Assembly (NCBI GenBank): GCA_903862375.1
Contig: CAIOXR010000078.1
Coordinates: forward strand, 1 to 35,440
Direction: 5' to 3'
DNA length: 35,440 nt
Source of the DNA: an uncultured bacterium
GTDB taxonomy: Bacteria; Patescibacteriota; Minisyncoccia; Phycocordibacterales; UBA9973
Each line of letters begins with the position of its first letter. Positions within the stretch are counted from its first letter, which is position 1. The position numbers and the translations under genes are program-made. The notes under the pieces are model-generated. The model was not told the DNA's origin and did no database searches. It saw only the letters and a program-made list of their open reading frames with translations. Positions 33,920 through 35,440 of the stretch are shown one piece after another.

Positions 33920-34119
33920 AACTCTACATTTCGTTTGTCCTAGTCTTATAACTAGTACACATTGGTCCATAATGAAATGACCGTAAGTGTTAAAGCTGAA
34001 GGTATTAAAATTAATAGTTAAAGTTTTTAAGAGAGTAATTCCATTTGAAATTATATATAATTATAATTTATTAAAGTGACTATTTTATAGTCGTTTTACT
34101 CTTTAAAAATATATTACAT

Positions 34120-34626
34120 ATGGCAAAAGCAAGAGTGGTAGTAGAAAGTACAGAGGATATAGAGAATTCAGATTCTAAATCTTCTATCTATGAGGTTGGT
34201 TATATAATGGTTCCAAGTATTCCAGAAGAAAATCTTGGAGGTGAAGTTTCTAGTTTTAAGGATTCATTATCAGATATGGGTGCAACATTTATATCTGATG
34301 AATATCCAAAAATGATCGAATTAGCATATGAAATGTCTCGTTCTGTTGCAAACAAAAGACAGAAGTTTACATATGGTTACTTTGGTTGGGTAAAGTTTGA
34401 ATGTAATACTAAAAATGGAAAGGCGATAAAGGAGTCTTTAGATAAGAATGAAAAGCTTGTTCGTTATCTAATGATTAAGACTGTTCGTGAAAGTACTATG
34501 TCTACAAAACGTGCATATGGTAACAATAAGGACGGTTTCAAGCGTCGTGCAACAGTAAGAACAGAAGAGACATTACCTATAAATGAAGAGACTATAGATA
34601 AAGAAATTGAAGCACTTGTGGTATAA
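34120..34626 (+). CDS. rpsF: 30S ribosomal protein S6 with N- and C-terminal extensions
   Basis: It is in the canonical rpsF-ssb-rpsR order. The S6-like core starts at IYEVGYIMVPSIPEE...MIELAYEM...GYFGWVKF...VRYLMIK. Confidence 0.85.
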   Translation: MAKARVVVESTEDIENSDSKSSIYEVGYIMVPSIPEENLGGEVSSFKDSLSDMGATFISDEYPKMIELAYEMSRSVANKRQKFTYGYFGWVKFECNTKNGKAIKESLDKNEKLVRYLMIKTVRESTMSTKRAYGNNKDGFKRRATVRTEETLPINEETIDKEIEALVV

Positions 34627-34662
34627 TTAATTTATTATAAGTTAACAATTTAAAACTAATTT

Positions 34663-35112
34663 ATGTATTTAAACAAAGCAATTCTAATAGGGAATCTAAC
34701 TCGTGATCCAGAATTAAAAGCGATTGCATCTGGGAATAAGGTTTGTACTTTTAGTATAGCTACTAATCGTACTTATAAAGATTCAAATGGTGTAAAACAA
34801 GAAAAGACTGATTATCATAACATTGTAGTATGGGGAAAAACAGCAGAGAATGTAGCTACTTATATGAAAAAAGGAAGTCAAATTCTTGTAGAGGGTAGAA
34901 TGGAGACTCGTAGTTGGGATGATGCAGCAACAAATACAAAAAAGTATCGAACAGAAATCATTGCAGATACAGTTCAATTCGGCTCAAAAAATACAACAGG
35001 GCAAGGTTATCAAGCACCAGCAAATCAATCATCATCTTCTAAAAAAGAAGAAGAAATAGATACAATTGAGTATCCCGAGGAGCAAATAAATGCAGAAGAT
35101 ATACCATTTTAA
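34663..35112 (+). CDS. ssb: Single-stranded DNA-binding protein
   Basis: The OB fold is MYLNKAILIGNLTRDPELK...TDYHNIVVWGKTAENV...ILVEGRMETRSW, with the acidic tail EDIPF. Confidence 0.93.
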   Translation: MYLNKAILIGNLTRDPELKAIASGNKVCTFSIATNRTYKDSNGVKQEKTDYHNIVVWGKTAENVATYMKKGSQILVEGRMETRSWDDAATNTKKYRTEIIADTVQFGSKNTTGQGYQAPANQSSSSKKEEEIDTIEYPEEQINAEDIPF

Positions 35113-35148
35113 AACAATTAAGAATTAGGAATTAACAATTAAGAATTA
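35113..35148. repeat. Direct repeat AACAATTAAGAATTA x2 in the ssb-rpsR spacer
   Basis: Perfect 15-nt copies at 35113-35127 and 35134-35148 are separated by GGAATT. The core AATTAAGAATTA recurs at 13673-13684 upstream of argS. Confidence 0.6.
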
Positions 35149-35154
35149 AAAACA

Positions 35155-35355
35155 ATGAAACAAGATTATTTTTCATCAAACAATATTAAGCATATAGATT
35201 ATAAAGATCTAGAATTGCTTCGCCGTTTTTTGACACCGAGTGCTCGTATGCAGTCTCGTCGTCGTACAGATGTGACTTCTAAGAATCAAAGAAAACTAGC
35301 TATTGCTATCAAAAGAGCTCGTTTTATGGGGTTATTACCTTATATAGCAAAGTAA
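35155..35355 (+). CDS. rpsR: 30S ribosomal protein S18
   Basis: IDYKDLELLRRFLTPSARMQSRRRTDVTSKNQRKLAIAIKRARFMGLLPY is a typical S18 sequence. Confidence 0.93.
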   Translation: MKQDYFSSNNIKHIDYKDLELLRRFLTPSARMQSRRRTDVTSKNQRKLAIAIKRARFMGLLPYIAK

Positions 35356-35370
35356 AAATATTGAAATATA

Positions 35371-35404
35371 ATAAAAATACTAACCTTACAGTTAGTATTT
35401 TTAT
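35371..35404 (+). terminator. Intrinsic terminator after rpsR
   Basis: ATAAAAATACTAAC / GTTAGTATTTTTAT forms a 14-bp stem with the 6-nt loop CTTACA. The 3' arm ends in a T-run. Confidence 0.7.
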
Positions 35405-35440
35405 TATTGTTATTATTATATATTTGTGGTATAAAGTGTA

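Noticed and set aside
1-35440. Alternative genetic code (UGA recoding, as in some CPR lineages)
   Set aside because: Full-length conserved proteins are obtained with the standard code. TGA also functions as the stop in ATGA overlaps (2931-2934, 12036-12039).
1-35440. Mobile elements, a prophage, a CRISPR array, or defence islands (toxin-antitoxin, restriction-modification)
   Set aside because: I saw no transposase, integrase, recombinase, Cas, methyltransferase or nuclease signatures, and no regularly spaced repeats. Inverted repeats are confined to terminators and the structured leaders.

Overview
Visibly AT-rich, very compact bacterial chromosome segment. Genes are mostly on the + strand, separated by spacers of 0-12 nt or by ATGA/1-nt overlaps. 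The standard code applies (TGA is used as a stop in ATGA overlaps). I found no transposase, integrase, CRISPR array, rRNA or tRNA. The content is mostly housekeeping, and the style fits a small-genome bacterium such as Patescibacteria/CPR (inference only). In order: (1) a MacAB-like export module (HlyD-type adaptor, ABC ATPase, FtsX-type permease) bracketed by two paralogous small membrane-anchored proteins; (2) an S9 serine peptidase and a CPBP intramembrane protease; (3) a tight thymidylate/dTTP cluster, with dcd-folA-thyA on the minus strand facing glyA-SDR-Nudix-[30-aa relic]-tmk-Nudix-dut on the plus strand; (4) argS, a small membrane protein and two large tandem cysteine-rich paralogs of unknown function; (5) a T-box leader with an intrinsic terminator, followed by ileS, which carries an apparently intact histidine-phosphatase (PGAM-like) domain inside its catalytic core; (6) Nudix, HD-like, YdeN-like hydrolase, recO, a 621-aa membrane-anchored surface protein, glyQS, an M16 peptidase, an AI-2E transporter, metG, tatD and rpsF-ssb-rpsR. 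The most unusual items are the Cys-rich tandem pair, the phosphatase-in-IleRS fusion, and two homologous GC-rich structured non-coding elements (4156-4343 and 19665-19766). One of their hairpins shows compensatory substitutions, and I could not match them to any RNA family I know.
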